Source of the DNA: Macrostomum hystrix
Taxonomy: Eukaryota > Animalia > Platyhelminthes
DNA length: 64,000 bases
Assembly: GCA_950097015.1 (NCBI GenBank)
Contig: CATNEN010000039.1
Location: forward strand, 5,022,001-5,086,000
Reading direction: 5' to 3'
Shown here: positions 22,601 through 32,966 of the stretch, one piece after another
How positions within the stretch are numbered: position 1 is the first letter of the stretch
Layout: each line of letters opens with the position of its first letter
Made by a program: the position numbers and the translations under genes
The notes under the pieces: model-generated
Databases searched by the model: none
What the model was told of the DNA's origin: nothing
What the model saw: the letters and a program-made list of their open reading frames with translations, nothing else

Positions 22601-25352
22601 TGCTAATGCCGTACTTCTGATGCAGCTGCTGGATTACCGTCTGAAAAGCGTGGCGTTGATTGATTATAGTCAAAGAAGCCGCTGGAAGCGACTGCTCTGA
22701 GGACGACGATTGAAGAGCGAACTGCTGCTGCTGCTGCGTCGAGCTGGTAATGGTCTCTTCAGTTAACGATGACGTGACGGAAGAATTTGCATAATTACGT
22801 GCAGTAGTCTGCGGCAGCTGTGGCGTTGACGGCGGCGGTGGTGGCGGCGTTGGTTGAAGCTCCACGCTGATTCCAACGGACCGCTGAGCCGGCTTGGCCT
22901 CCTCGGCGACGAAGTTGATGCCGACGTCACGGCAGGACGGCTTCACAATTAAGCCAACGTTGCGTCGACGAATTGACTTGGCCGAAGCGGTGGACTGCTG
23001 CAGTTCAACCACAGTAGTCTGATAAGTGCTCAACTGAGTTTCCAGTTCAGTAATAATTGATCGGAGTTCATTTACGGTGGTCACATGTTCGCGTTCGATT
23101 TGATCCAACTGTTGCTGGTGGAGTAGTTCAGTTTCCTGATTCTGGTTCTGGTTCTGCTGCTGCCGCTGCAGCTGCTGCTTAATAGATTGCTGGCGACGGT
23201 AACTGCTCGATAGAGTGGTCGATGAAGATTCCCTGGCCGCCTGTTCTTGCGGCTGCTTATCAAATAATGATCCGGAATCCTGCGTGGATGTAACGTGCGT
23301 ATGCATGGAAATGTTCGACCCGGTGTCGATCAGTTTCAGCACGCGGCACTCAGCTGAGGACGTGACGATTGCGGCGGCATCGGGTCCGCAGGACTTGGTT
23401 GAAGTTGGCCGCTCTGCATGTTGCTCAGCGATTGTGCGAACGTCGAAATCGCCAACTCCGACGGAGACAGTCGATACAGGAGGAGTCGGGGGCGGAGTTG
23501 GCGGTGGTGATGGTGGAGCTAGCGGAGTCTCTTGCGGCTCGGTCTGAGTCTTGCTATTGCTGATAACAAGCTTAACAGTGGCCACGCCGTTGGTTGTGCG
23601 ATTGTCAGGCGGAGCAAACTGCTGCTCAAAGTCGCGACTCTCCGGAACTGGCTGCGGCAGATCGTCGGTGCTGGTCCACTGCGATGGGTACATCCAGTTG
23701 AAGCTGGTTCCAACCTCGACCATTCTGCAACGCTGCGGCACAATCACCTCCTCGATGTTGACGTCGCTATCTGGGTCAATTGGTGACACACTAGGATCAT
23801 CAGAGAGAGGCGGAAGACCTGCCTTAGACGGCGGCACTCTAAGTGGCCTCGACTGACGCGGCTCCAGCGATGTTGGCGGAACCGGTATTGGATCCTCCAG
23901 CACCTCCTCGGGATCGTCGGAAGCGCGAATCTGTTGGCTGAAGTCTGCAAGCTGAGGCGGCGCATCTGTTACCACACTGGCGTCAGACTGCGGTGGCGAT
24001 GGCGGCAGCGGCGGCGGCGGTGGAGGCGGCAGGGGGTCGGTGTTTACGCCGGTGTTTGAACACGAAGGAGGTGGCGGTGGTGGAGGCAGCGGATCTGTGC
24101 TAATGCTAGCATCGGACTGCGGCGGTGGCGGTGGCGGTAGAGGCGGCAGCGGGTCGGTAACAATCCCAACGTTGTATTTCTTAGCGGGCTTCGGTATAGG
24201 ATCTGTTCCAACGCCAGTATTTAGCAGAACCGGCAGCCGTTTCGGCTTTGGCGCCACAACCGGTGGCGGCGGCTTTGGGGCTGGCTTCTCGATGGGCATG
24301 GAAGCCTTGACTGAAGAGGACAGATTGACATCGTCGGTGGCCGTGGACTGCGTGCGATAAATTGTAGTAGGTTGACGCTCGGTCTCCGTAGATTTCGTGA
24401 TGGTCCTTAGCGGCTCCGCCTCCGTCTGAGCTGTTGATGCTCTTGTTTCTCGGTGCGGCTTCTCGCGCTGCTGTGGCACCTCCTGCGGCAGCTTGCGCTG
24501 GTTTAATTGTTGGTTCTCTTTTTGCAGACTGTCGATTTGCTCCTGCAGCCTCGGCAGCAGCTTCTCTAGGTCATTCAATCGACGATCATTTCTGGGGGGC
24601 AGGTGTGGCGGCGTCTGCGGCGGTGGTGGCGGTAACGGTGGCGGAGGCGGTGGCGTTGGCGGCGGAGGCGGTGGTGCTCTTTTAGGTGTAATTAACGATG
24701 GCGACCTCTCCGGCATCGGCGACAGTCGCTTCTGCGGCGACTTTGGTTTCAGCTTTTTCGCCGGCTGCGTGGGCCGCCCAGGATCGGCTTGTACAAAATT
24801 CTGCCTATCAGCTGGCATCAACAGCGTCAGCTGATCTCGCCGCATTCTATCGTCACTGTTAGCTTCCTCCTCGCGCTTCCGGTTCTCGTTGCTATCCAAA
24901 TCGCGCCGAATAGTTCGCCTATCCAGCTTGGTGCCATAGGTGGCAAATAGGTCGCCATCGTCAGGTTCATCAGCGGCTGGGGTGTCGCCAAAAGCAATAG
25001 AGTCGCCATTGTAACTCTGGCGATTCCGCAAAGCCGAGCTGTTGCCGTTCTGGCCATAGTTGTAGTTGCTGCCGCTGTAACTGCCCCCCGGCCGAACGCC
25101 GCTGCCAGCGTCGTCATTGTAATAGGCGCTGCTTCTGTATTGCTGCTGCTGCTCGAATGTTGACAGCAGTGCTCCATTTTGAGCAGTAGTCAAATTTCTC
25201 TGATAAGCTGATCGAGCTGTTGAACTCTCGGCGGAATAGCTTGCCGCTCCGACGGCGCTCAAGTAGCTTCTGTCAACGTGATAGCCGTTGGGGCAGCAGT
25301 TGCACCGATCGCCCGGCAGCAAGCGAACAACGCTTGGCGACAGCGGCTGCAT
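13667..25352 (-). CDS. KANK: KN motif and ankyrin repeat domain protein (KANK/VAB-19 family)
   Basis: N-terminal KN-like motif [16 protein letters not shown], a Pro-rich/coiled-coil middle and KANK-type ankyrin repeats (EWFKIS...[21 protein letters not shown]...GQTALMLAA...[10 protein letters not shown]...[11 protein letters not shown]). Exons 25352-22536, 22082-21448, 17027-16820, 16550-16407, 16322-15912 and 15412-15209 (stop). Alternatively 15412-15236 splices on to 15089-15010, 14105-14006 and 13897-13667; all phases are consistent. The core gene is high confidence, the last three exons moderate. Confidence 0.9.
14370..14658 (-). mobile_element. Chimeric SINE: family A 5' half (14658-14470) fused to family B 3' half (14470-14370)
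   Basis: Minus strand reads the A head and body to CTGCGTGACGA, then CCAACTGTAAAATGG...CAGTCCATGGACTGAACAGCTGTAC of family B. Confidence 0.75.
14720..14910 (-). mobile_element. SINE family B 5' part (tRNA head + CORE-like domain)
   Basis: TGGCCTAGTGG...GACTCACGACTTGAAGGTCGGTGGTTTGATTCC...GTCCTTTTAGCAAGACACTTAACTTTGCATTGCT. Confidence 0.8.
15478..15870. repeat. Purine-rich 9-bp intronic repeat (GGAATGAAG)n
   Basis: Fills the KANK intron 15413-15911. Confidence 0.95.
16613..16730. repeat. ~47-bp tandem repeat x2.5 (AAGTAGGTGTGAAGTCTAG...) in KANK intron
   Basis: Three copies of AAGTAGGTGTGAAGTCTAG. Confidence 0.8.
17105..17205 (-). mobile_element. SINE family B fragment joined to the tail of SINE-A
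   Basis: Minus strand GGTCTGGAGTTCGAATCG...CCCCCTGTCCACGGACAGAACAGTTGTACACAGCC; same junction as at 3431. Confidence 0.7.
17352..17866. mobile_element. Non-autonomous TIR element (MITE-like) with 14-bp flanking duplication
   Basis: TIR TCTTTCACCGCATTGTTTTCCGCATGGTTTTCCGCA from 17361 and its reverse complement ending at 17863; internal (ATATGGYATG)n repeats; ATACGCAAGGTATA duplicated at 17338-17351 and 17867-17880. Confidence 0.8.
18024..18599. mobile_element. Non-autonomous DNA transposon (MITE) with 15-bp TIRs and TTAA (or TA) target duplication
   Basis: TTAA|CAGTAAAACTACCAA ... TTGGTAGTCCTACTG|TTAA; TIRs match 13/15; excision restores SINE-A ...CCCCAAATTAATGTGGCC. Confidence 0.8.
19820..20226. 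repeat. Pyrimidine-rich minisatellite (CCCTTCATCTCTCA, 14 bp, then 23-bp derivative)
   Basis: Tandem array in the large KANK intron. Confidence 0.95.
20689..20870 (+). mobile_element. Degenerate SINE family A copy
   Basis: GTCCCTGAGCTCG...GAGGCC...TTTGGGGCGCAG...TGAGAAGGTCAGGG...ACACACCTGTG. Confidence 0.65.
21110..21425 (+). mobile_element. SINE family A copy in KANK intron
   Basis: TGGCAGAGCGG A box, GCTCGAATAC B box, conserved body, deleted 3' domain. Confidence 0.85.
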
Positions 25353-28277
25353 TAAATATTAGCGAACTGACCGATTGGAGCTTCGAGTGGAGCTTCGAAG
25401 TAACAACTGCTGACTCTCAAGACTAAAAGACTGAAAAGTGAACCGATTTTGCACACTGCAATAGAACCAAAGAAGTAGAGAACAAATCGGGACTTGGTGC
25501 CCACGACGACAAGTTCTTTTTTGCCATAGACAATAGGCCTTGAAGCAGTGGGTGGCTATTCAGCAAATAGACAAGTTGCGGGCTTTATCTCACATAAATA
25601 AAGGAAGTCAGATTTATTTCGATACACAGCTTTATCAAACGGTAATTGTGTTGACTTGATCATTAGAAAATACAAACAATGGGCTCTATCTTAAGTTTCA
25701 GGGTTATTAAATCCTTATATGTAGAAAACTATATGCTAAAAAGCACCGAAAATTAGAGGAAAATTTAAATGTAGGCACACGAAAAAAACTAACTTCTACT
25801 GTAATAATACATATTACACTAGCTAGTTCTACAATACAGAGTACGGCTCAAAGCAATGGCCTTTGTCTTCAGCATCTGACCATCTCTAATCATTAACAAT
25901 GCCTGAAGTATATTAATCAATTACTAAACCAAAGCAAAAATCTATAATTTATTTTTGCTTAGAAAGTCTAAAAAGACAAGTCTATAGCTTTTGGTCCATA
26001 GCATGATATGTTTCTAGAATGTGTTTTCATTAACACAATGCAATAGCCATCAGATAAAAAGCTAATGAACTCAACTAATTGGCAGAGCTAAAGAACAAAA
26101 GAGAAAACTTAAAATGATATTCAAATTTATTGTCTGAACTAATTTAAACAAAAAACAATGAGAAAAAACTCAACAAAACAAAAACTGACTGAACATAGTT
26201 GAATATAATTTTATGCTTACAATATCTGACATGTTTTACCTAACACATTGATAAATGCAGATATTTAAAGCATTTATCTTTTGACTCATGGTTTATATAA
26301 AACAAAAACAATAATTATACTTGAATACACTCCTGATACTATCGCTTTATTTATTAGTTAGATTATGTAACAAATATCTAGGTAGTCAGATTTTATGTAG
26401 AATCTAAATAATGACAATGTATTCACAATTAGACATTAGAAATACTTACAAGAATATTGTTGCTGCTATAACCAAATAGCTAATAAAAACGTATGGTTTT
26501 GGTTTCTCTGCATCATATATACTCGATATGTTTTACATCATATATCTTAAAATGTTTGAAGTCACAAATAAGGATTTTAAATGAAATTTAAAAAGATACG
26601 CACTGGGGGCACTGGTAAATCATTTCATGAAAACATTGAAAAATGCACTGTATATTTGAAAGAAGACAATCAACTTAAAAAATGTGAATGTCAGGAGATA
26701 AACTTAGTAATAATTTACAGTACGATTTACGACCCATTCATTGTAGGTTGCGTAAGTATGCCAACAAACTTTACAGAATTTTGTCAATCAAAATATTAAA
26801 TAAGCTTAATATCAATTTTTAGATAATTGCTACGGGCGATTCTATATCTAGTTGCCGAAAAAGCTGTGCCCTGGTTAGACTTAACGGATACATAAAGAAT
26901 TTCACTAAGATGAAATGAAACAGCAGAGTATGGCAGTACTTCCTCGAGCTCAGGGTAAAAGTTATTTTCTTCTGATTCTAATAAAGTTGCCGTTTAAAAA
27001 GCCGGTTCGTGAAAACTACGTTACTCGCTATTTGCGGAATTTTTCAATGGCTTAAACAAATAGTATGTGGCTTAGCTCGTTTTCTCAGACGCCGGTTGAC
27101 ATAAAAATATCAAGTGGTTTATTCATTGCAATGAATTTGCATTATTCATTTTAATATTAATCTCCCTCTTCTCCTCGATTGTAACCAAATCTTAACTCCC
27201 ACCAAGCCGATGTTAAGTTCATTAATCTTAAATCTATGGGCTAGTACATATGTTCATAAAAATAGTAATTTAAATACTAAACCTGCCACAATTAGGCAAG
27301 ATGTGTAGCCCAAAGTACAGCCGCATTATATCTGAAGGCTGCGAATACATCTGTTCACTGCATCATATAAGGGGACGCCGTATCCAACATTTTATAATTA
27401 TTACACCTGCTAATGTGGGTGTAATAAATTTGTGCAAATGGGCAAAACTAATTTTGTGTGTTTATTAACGGCACCAATTTTTCGGTGAAATGTCTGAGCT
27501 CGACTAAATCGGCTTTCTGTGTCATTGTTCGTCAATTGAATATTTACAGGCTCTATCATTTTTATGAACTCGTATAGTTATATTCACGTTGTTTTTATGA
27601 TTACCTTTACTTTTCTTTTTTTGTAAAAGGCTAAAGGGGGTTCATTGGCTTATCCACGACGTGAAGGTCAGTGGTTCGAATTTACTTTATCTTAACGCTT
27701 TGTCGATTATTTATTCTGCTTTGGCACAGGTACTAATCAGCTATTTATTTCCTTTCTTCACATTTGGAGCTATGTATACCATGTACCGATCTGCAGTATA
27801 GATTTGATTGATCATTAATATAAATCATTTATCTTTTTTAAGTGCATAAAAATTGATTATGTAGTTATTGTTAAATGAGCGGATAATAGTTGTCACGCCA
27901 AATTTTTTCGCGCCGAGGAAGAAGCATATATCCATATATTTTTTTCTAGTCTGATTCTAGACGATCGCGTCTAGACCATTCTAGACGATTACGAGTTGCT
28001 AGCTTCAGTGTGGTACTACAAGCACAGTGCCTTCTGACGAACTCCGGAACAAGAAAAAAAATGGAAGCATAACAATTTTTTGCAGATTTCTTAGAAACAT
28101 TACAATTCTTAATGCAAACTGGCGGCCACAGGTAAACCAGGTAACAGCTAACCGTTTTAGTTTAGAAGATTTTGATAAACTAGCACAAGAAAAGTAAATT
28201 ATGGAACAGGTAAGCACATTAATTCAAGCGTCTTCTATAATTAAAACGGATCAATTGTGAGGCAGTCAACCGCAGCG

Positions 28278-30662
28278 TCATTGCTGGCCTTCGCCGTCGA
28301 CCCCGCCGCGCAGTTGATCTCGCCGATTCTCCAACAGGGCCACCAGCTGTTCAGCCGGCGAGTTGAGCAAGCTCGTTAGCGACTCGGCTGGGCCGTTCAG
28401 AGCCCCGATGAGGCGAGCCCTGGCCGTGCTCAGATCGGGTAGCTGGGCAAAGTCTCGGACCTGGGCAAGGCAATTAATTGCAATTACGGGCTTAGGAAAA
28501 AGCACAATGAAGTAGATAAAAAAATAATTCAAGAAATTTCAATAATATTGCAATCAAGAGCTTCTAAAAAAATAAAAAATCCTAACAAAAAAATCAGATT
28601 TTCTTTTTTCAAACCTCGTTGCGCACAATGGTCTATATTGATATACCCCAGCGATCCCGGAGTTCTTCCGAACCCCCTAACCCCAGCCAAGTATTTATTC
28701 CTAAATCACTCATCTACACAATGCTCCCAAATCCCAAATCCTAATCTTAATCCTAAATCTTAACATTAATCCCAAATCCCAAATCATATAATCCCTAATC
28801 TAGCCTAATCTTAGTATTAACTTCAAATCCAGGATCGGCGAAATCCCTACTTCCTTAAACAATACTTAATCCTAAATCCCAAATTACATACCTAAATAAT
28901 AATAATTGCAGGAGGGCTGCAGGGAGTGGCACATAATTTAGTGACACTAGATCCGCAGCCAGCGAGGAGGCAATTCTGCCAATTTCGCTGACTCCTGAGC
29001 ACACGCACACAAATACTGTACGCAGGCACACACTCACACAGGTGTGTACATCTGCCCTGACTTTCTCATCGTCAGGCAGTGTACACTTCACAGTGCCTTG
29101 GAGGTTGGCCCACAAGGGCGTAAATTGCACGACAAGCCCTCAAGCCTTCTCTCCGCGGCTGCGCCCCAATTTAATTTGGCTTCGCCGTGGAATCGAACTT
29201 AGGACCGTGGTGCGAGAGGCAAACGCGATAACCGCTCTGCCACCAAACCCCCCGAATTACATACCTAACTTTATCACAAATTTAGAAGGCCACAGTGTAG
29301 ATAAAATCGCGATCCCCAGCATTCTCCAGTAACTCAACGGAGCTGCGCACAGCAAGCAGGCCAGCCGGATTTTAGCTTACCTGCGCGGCGGTCAGCATGC
29401 GATTCTCGGTCACGCCGCCAAGCAGCACCAGGTAGGGAGAGGCGTCCACCACTGCCAGGGCGGACTGGCAAACTGGCGGTTCGGCTGGCCCAATGGCCAC
29501 CTCGGTTGAGAGGCCGTCAGCGAAGAACAGATCGGCCAACGGTTGCCATTTGGTACCGCTGGCGGCCCGCCTCACCACAGGGTTGACGTAACGATAGCGC
29601 CGAGGCAGAAAGTAGTTGAGCTGGTGCAGCTGGTTGCGATAGGAGTAGCTCAGTTGCTGAGGGCGGAGAGGCGAGCGGCGGTTCGGGAAATCAGAATAGA
29701 ATCGACAATAATTTTAAATATAACATATTACACCTGCCCCATCGGGCCAGATGTGCTGCCGACAGCACAGCCGCGCATCTGAAAACTGCGTACGGCTGTT
29801 CAGTCCATGGACTGGGGGGTACGCCACAACCGCTTAATGACACGAATCGTCCGAGTGGAGTCGGAAATCGAACCCCGTCGCGAGTCGGATGCTCCGACCA
29901 GTAGGCTACAACCCCTCTCTGAAGGACCACACAGAAATGTTACTACTTACAGGACCAGAAAAGTTATTTATTTATTTTAATTTTTTCGCCGTGAGAAATC
30001 AACAGCAGCAGCAGCAGCCGGAACTGCCTGACAGTGAGGTGAGCCATCTTGGCACGATGCACTCTGCCACCAGGGCAAGGAAGATGCATATTGTTCCATA
30101 GGAGTCAGGATTCGAACCACCGACCTTCAAGTCTTAAGTCGGATGGATGCTCTAACCGCTGGGCTCCAATACCCTTACAATGCTCAACTCAAACTTCGGC
30201 AGACTGCGCAGAGATAAGCACACATTTTTAGAAATTATCCAAGAAAAAAAATAAAATTTCGACTAAAGAGATGAACGACAAAAGGGGGTTCAACGGACAT
30301 TATCGAGGATGAGCTAGAGTCCAAGCAAGCACGCATACCATTCTGTTAGGCAGCATTTCCAGCAGCAGCATCATTTTTCCTTCGGCAGCGTCTAGCACCT
30401 CGCGCCGATATTCATCGACAAGAAATGCCAGATAGGCGCTGTTCTCAACTTGTTGCCGGCGAGCCTCGTTCAACCGCAGACGCCGCTCAGTGTCGCAGAC
30501 TGTACGCGGCGGCAGCACCGGCTCTGTGACGGCCCGGATGAGTCTGGAGCGCAGAGTGCCGGGATCCCGCTGGTGCCGCAGCCGCCTCGGCTGGCAGGGC
30601 AGCGGCGCCGCCCTGGCCGCCGCCAAGCGCTGGCAAAACTGGAGACTGCGGCTGAGGGGCAA
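28278..30662 (-). CDS. MRPL10: Mitochondrial ribosomal protein uL10m
   Basis: Exons 30662-30339, 29656-29381 and 28460-28278 (all phase 0). L10-type motifs: VNPVVRRAASGTKWQPLADLF, YLVLLGGVTENRMLTAAQVRDFAQLPDLSTARARLIGAL. R/S/L/A-rich presequence-like N terminus. Start codon not located. Confidence 0.85.
28725..28880. repeat. Degenerate low-complexity repeat (AATCCCAAATCCT-like)
   Basis: Imperfect repeats of AAATCCC/TAATC in the MRPL10 intron. Confidence 0.6.
28896..29254 (-). mobile_element. SINE family A, full length with 14-bp TSD
   Basis: Complete head, body and (ATT)n tail; AATTACATACCTAA at 28882-28895 and 29255-29268. Confidence 0.93.
29725..29915 (-). mobile_element. SINE family B copy lacking most of the CORE-like domain
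   Basis: Head GTAGCCTACTGG...GGTTCGATTTCC and tail ...GCTGTGCTGTCGGCAGCACATCTGGCCCGATGGGGCAGGTGTAAT. Confidence 0.8.
30060..30170 (-). mobile_element. SINE family B 5' fragment
   Basis: GACTTGAAGGTCGGTGGTTCGAATCCTGACTCC on the minus strand. Confidence 0.65.
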
Positions 30663-30703
30663 CTGGATTGGGGTGGAGGTCGGCTGTGCGGTTCATCAGA
30701 GAA

Positions 30704-31150
30704 TGGGATCTATGAACCATGAGGATATGGGAAGCTGGGATCTATGAACCATGAAGATATGGGAAGCTGGGATCTATGAACCATGAAGATATTGTTATTT
30801 TCAGAACTTTAAGATCTAGAAATGTTAAACGCTGCGAAACAAGGATTTATAAAAAGTGGATGTATAATCTATAAAGCGAAAGGAACTGGGATCTTTAAAA
30901 CCCTGAGGGACTGGGATCTTTAAAACCCTGAGGGACTGGGATCTTTAAAACCCTGAGAGACTGGGATCTTTAAAACCCTGAGGGACTGGGATCTTTAAAA
31001 CCCTGAGGGACTGGGATCTTTAAAACCCTGAGGGACTGGGATCTTTAAAACCCTGAGGGACTGGGATCTTTAAACCCTGAGGGACTGGGATCTTTAAACC
31101 CTGAGGGACTGGGATCTTTAAAACCCTGAGGGACTGGGATCTTTCAAACC
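30704..31150. repeat. Two related minisatellites: 32-bp (30704-30792) and 25-bp ACTGGGATCTTTAAAACCCTGAGGG (30885-31150)
   Basis: Tandem arrays sharing TGGGATCT...AACC.TGAG. Confidence 0.9.
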
Positions 31151-31794
31151 CAGTTGTTACTTGTACTAAAAACTTATAATAAACTGACGACACAGAAACT
31201 ATTTTAATACTAACTAAAACAACATTGGTCCTTTATTATGATAAATATGACAGTATATTAAGGAATATTGCAACACAATATAGCCACAGTGACGTATAGC
31301 CCATTTTTTGCATTTTATAACCCTAATTTTAAACGCCAAAGCAGTTTTGTAAAATTTAACAATGTAAGTCGTGCAAGGTTTTAATAGGGCTTGCTAAGGC
31401 ATTTGTTAGATTATAATTAATGACAAAAATGAACAATTTTTATTTTTTTTGTGTATATACAGTTCTTTTTGAGAAATGTAGCTAAAAGTGAGAGAAAAAA
31501 GACAATAATGAACACATTCACATATTTGGGATCATATTATAGTAAGATTAGTGCTTCGGCAGCACTTTTGAATAATTATATAAAGATTAAAAACTGCTTT
31601 GTCACATCAACAAAAAAACGGTTTCGGTGGTTTTGCTAGCGGAACTCAACTTTTACTACACAGCATCGAAGTGACAAACATAAACAGACATAGGGTTACA
31701 GATAAATTAAAAGTATAATTAGACAGTTGCCAGTAGAAATCGTAGCAGTATGACAGAGTTGCATTATCTGTCTCACAGACTATGAACAATAGCC

Positions 31795-32840
31795 CACCAA
31801 TACAAACATCAAAGGCAAAGCCGCCAATCTAATTCTACATAGATAACAGCTAAACAATACAAACATCAAACATAAAGCCGCCAAACTAATTGTGCCTAGA
31901 TAACAGCTAACCAATACAAACATCAAAGACAAAGCCGCCAAACTAATTGTGCCTAGATAACAGCTAACCAATACAAACATCAAAGACAAAGCCGCCAAAC
32001 TAATTGTGCCTAGATAACAGCTAACCAATACAAACATCAAAGACAAAGCCGCCAAACTAATTGTGCCTAGATAACAGCTAACCAATACAAACATCAAAGA
32101 CAAAGCCGCCAAACTAATTGTGCCTAGATAACAGCTAACCAATACAAACATCAAAGGCAAAGCCGCCAAACTAATTGTGCCTAGATAACAGCTAACCAAT
32201 ACAAACATCAAAGACAAAGCCGCCAAACTAATTGTGCCTAGATAACAGCTAACCAATACAAACATCAAAGGCAAAGCCGCCAAACTAATTGTGCCTAGAT
32301 AACAGCTAACCAATACAAACATCAAACATAAAGCCGCCAAACTAATTGTGCCTAGATAACAGCTAACCAATACAAACATCAAAGGCAAAGCCGCCAAACT
32401 AATTGTGCCTAGATAACAGCTAACCAATACAAACATCAAAGGCAAAGCCGCCAAACTAATTGTGCCTAGATAACAGCTAACCAATCCAAACATCAAAGGT
32501 AAAGCCGCCAAACTAATTGTGCCTAGATAACAGCTAACCAATCCAAACATCAAAGGTAAAGCCGCCAAACTAATTGTGCCTAGATAACAGCTAACCAATA
32601 CAAACATCAAAGATAAAGCCGCCAAACTAATTGTGCCTAGATAACAGCTAACCAATACAAACATCAAAGATAAAGCCGCCAAACTAATTGTGCCTAGATA
32701 ACAGCTAACCAATACAAACATCAAACATAAAGCCGCCAAACTAATTGTTGTTAGATAACACTAATACAAATATCAAAGGCAAAGCCGCCAATCTAATTGT
32801 ACCTAGATAACAGTCAACCATTTAAAACATCTAAGGCAAA
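31795..32840. repeat. 57-bp minisatellite (~18 copies) between SUGP1 and MRPL10
   Basis: AAAGCCGCCAAACTAATTGTGCCTAGATAACAGCTAACCAATACAAACATCAAA... tandem; source of ORF 31780..32739. Confidence 0.97.
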
Positions 32841-32966
32841 GCTATTTAATCCCTAATAGAAGCAAACCAATCAAAATAGAATTTTCAGGTGGAAAAACAT
32901 TAATTTCAACCAGAAAACAGTGCAGGTGAGCTTCAATTGACGAGTCCCACAACAGTAGTCCTAACA

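Noticed and set aside
27950-27990. Helitron 3' end (hairpin plus CTAG)
   Set aside because: CTAG is not followed by T on either strand, and no matching 5' TC end or second copy is seen.
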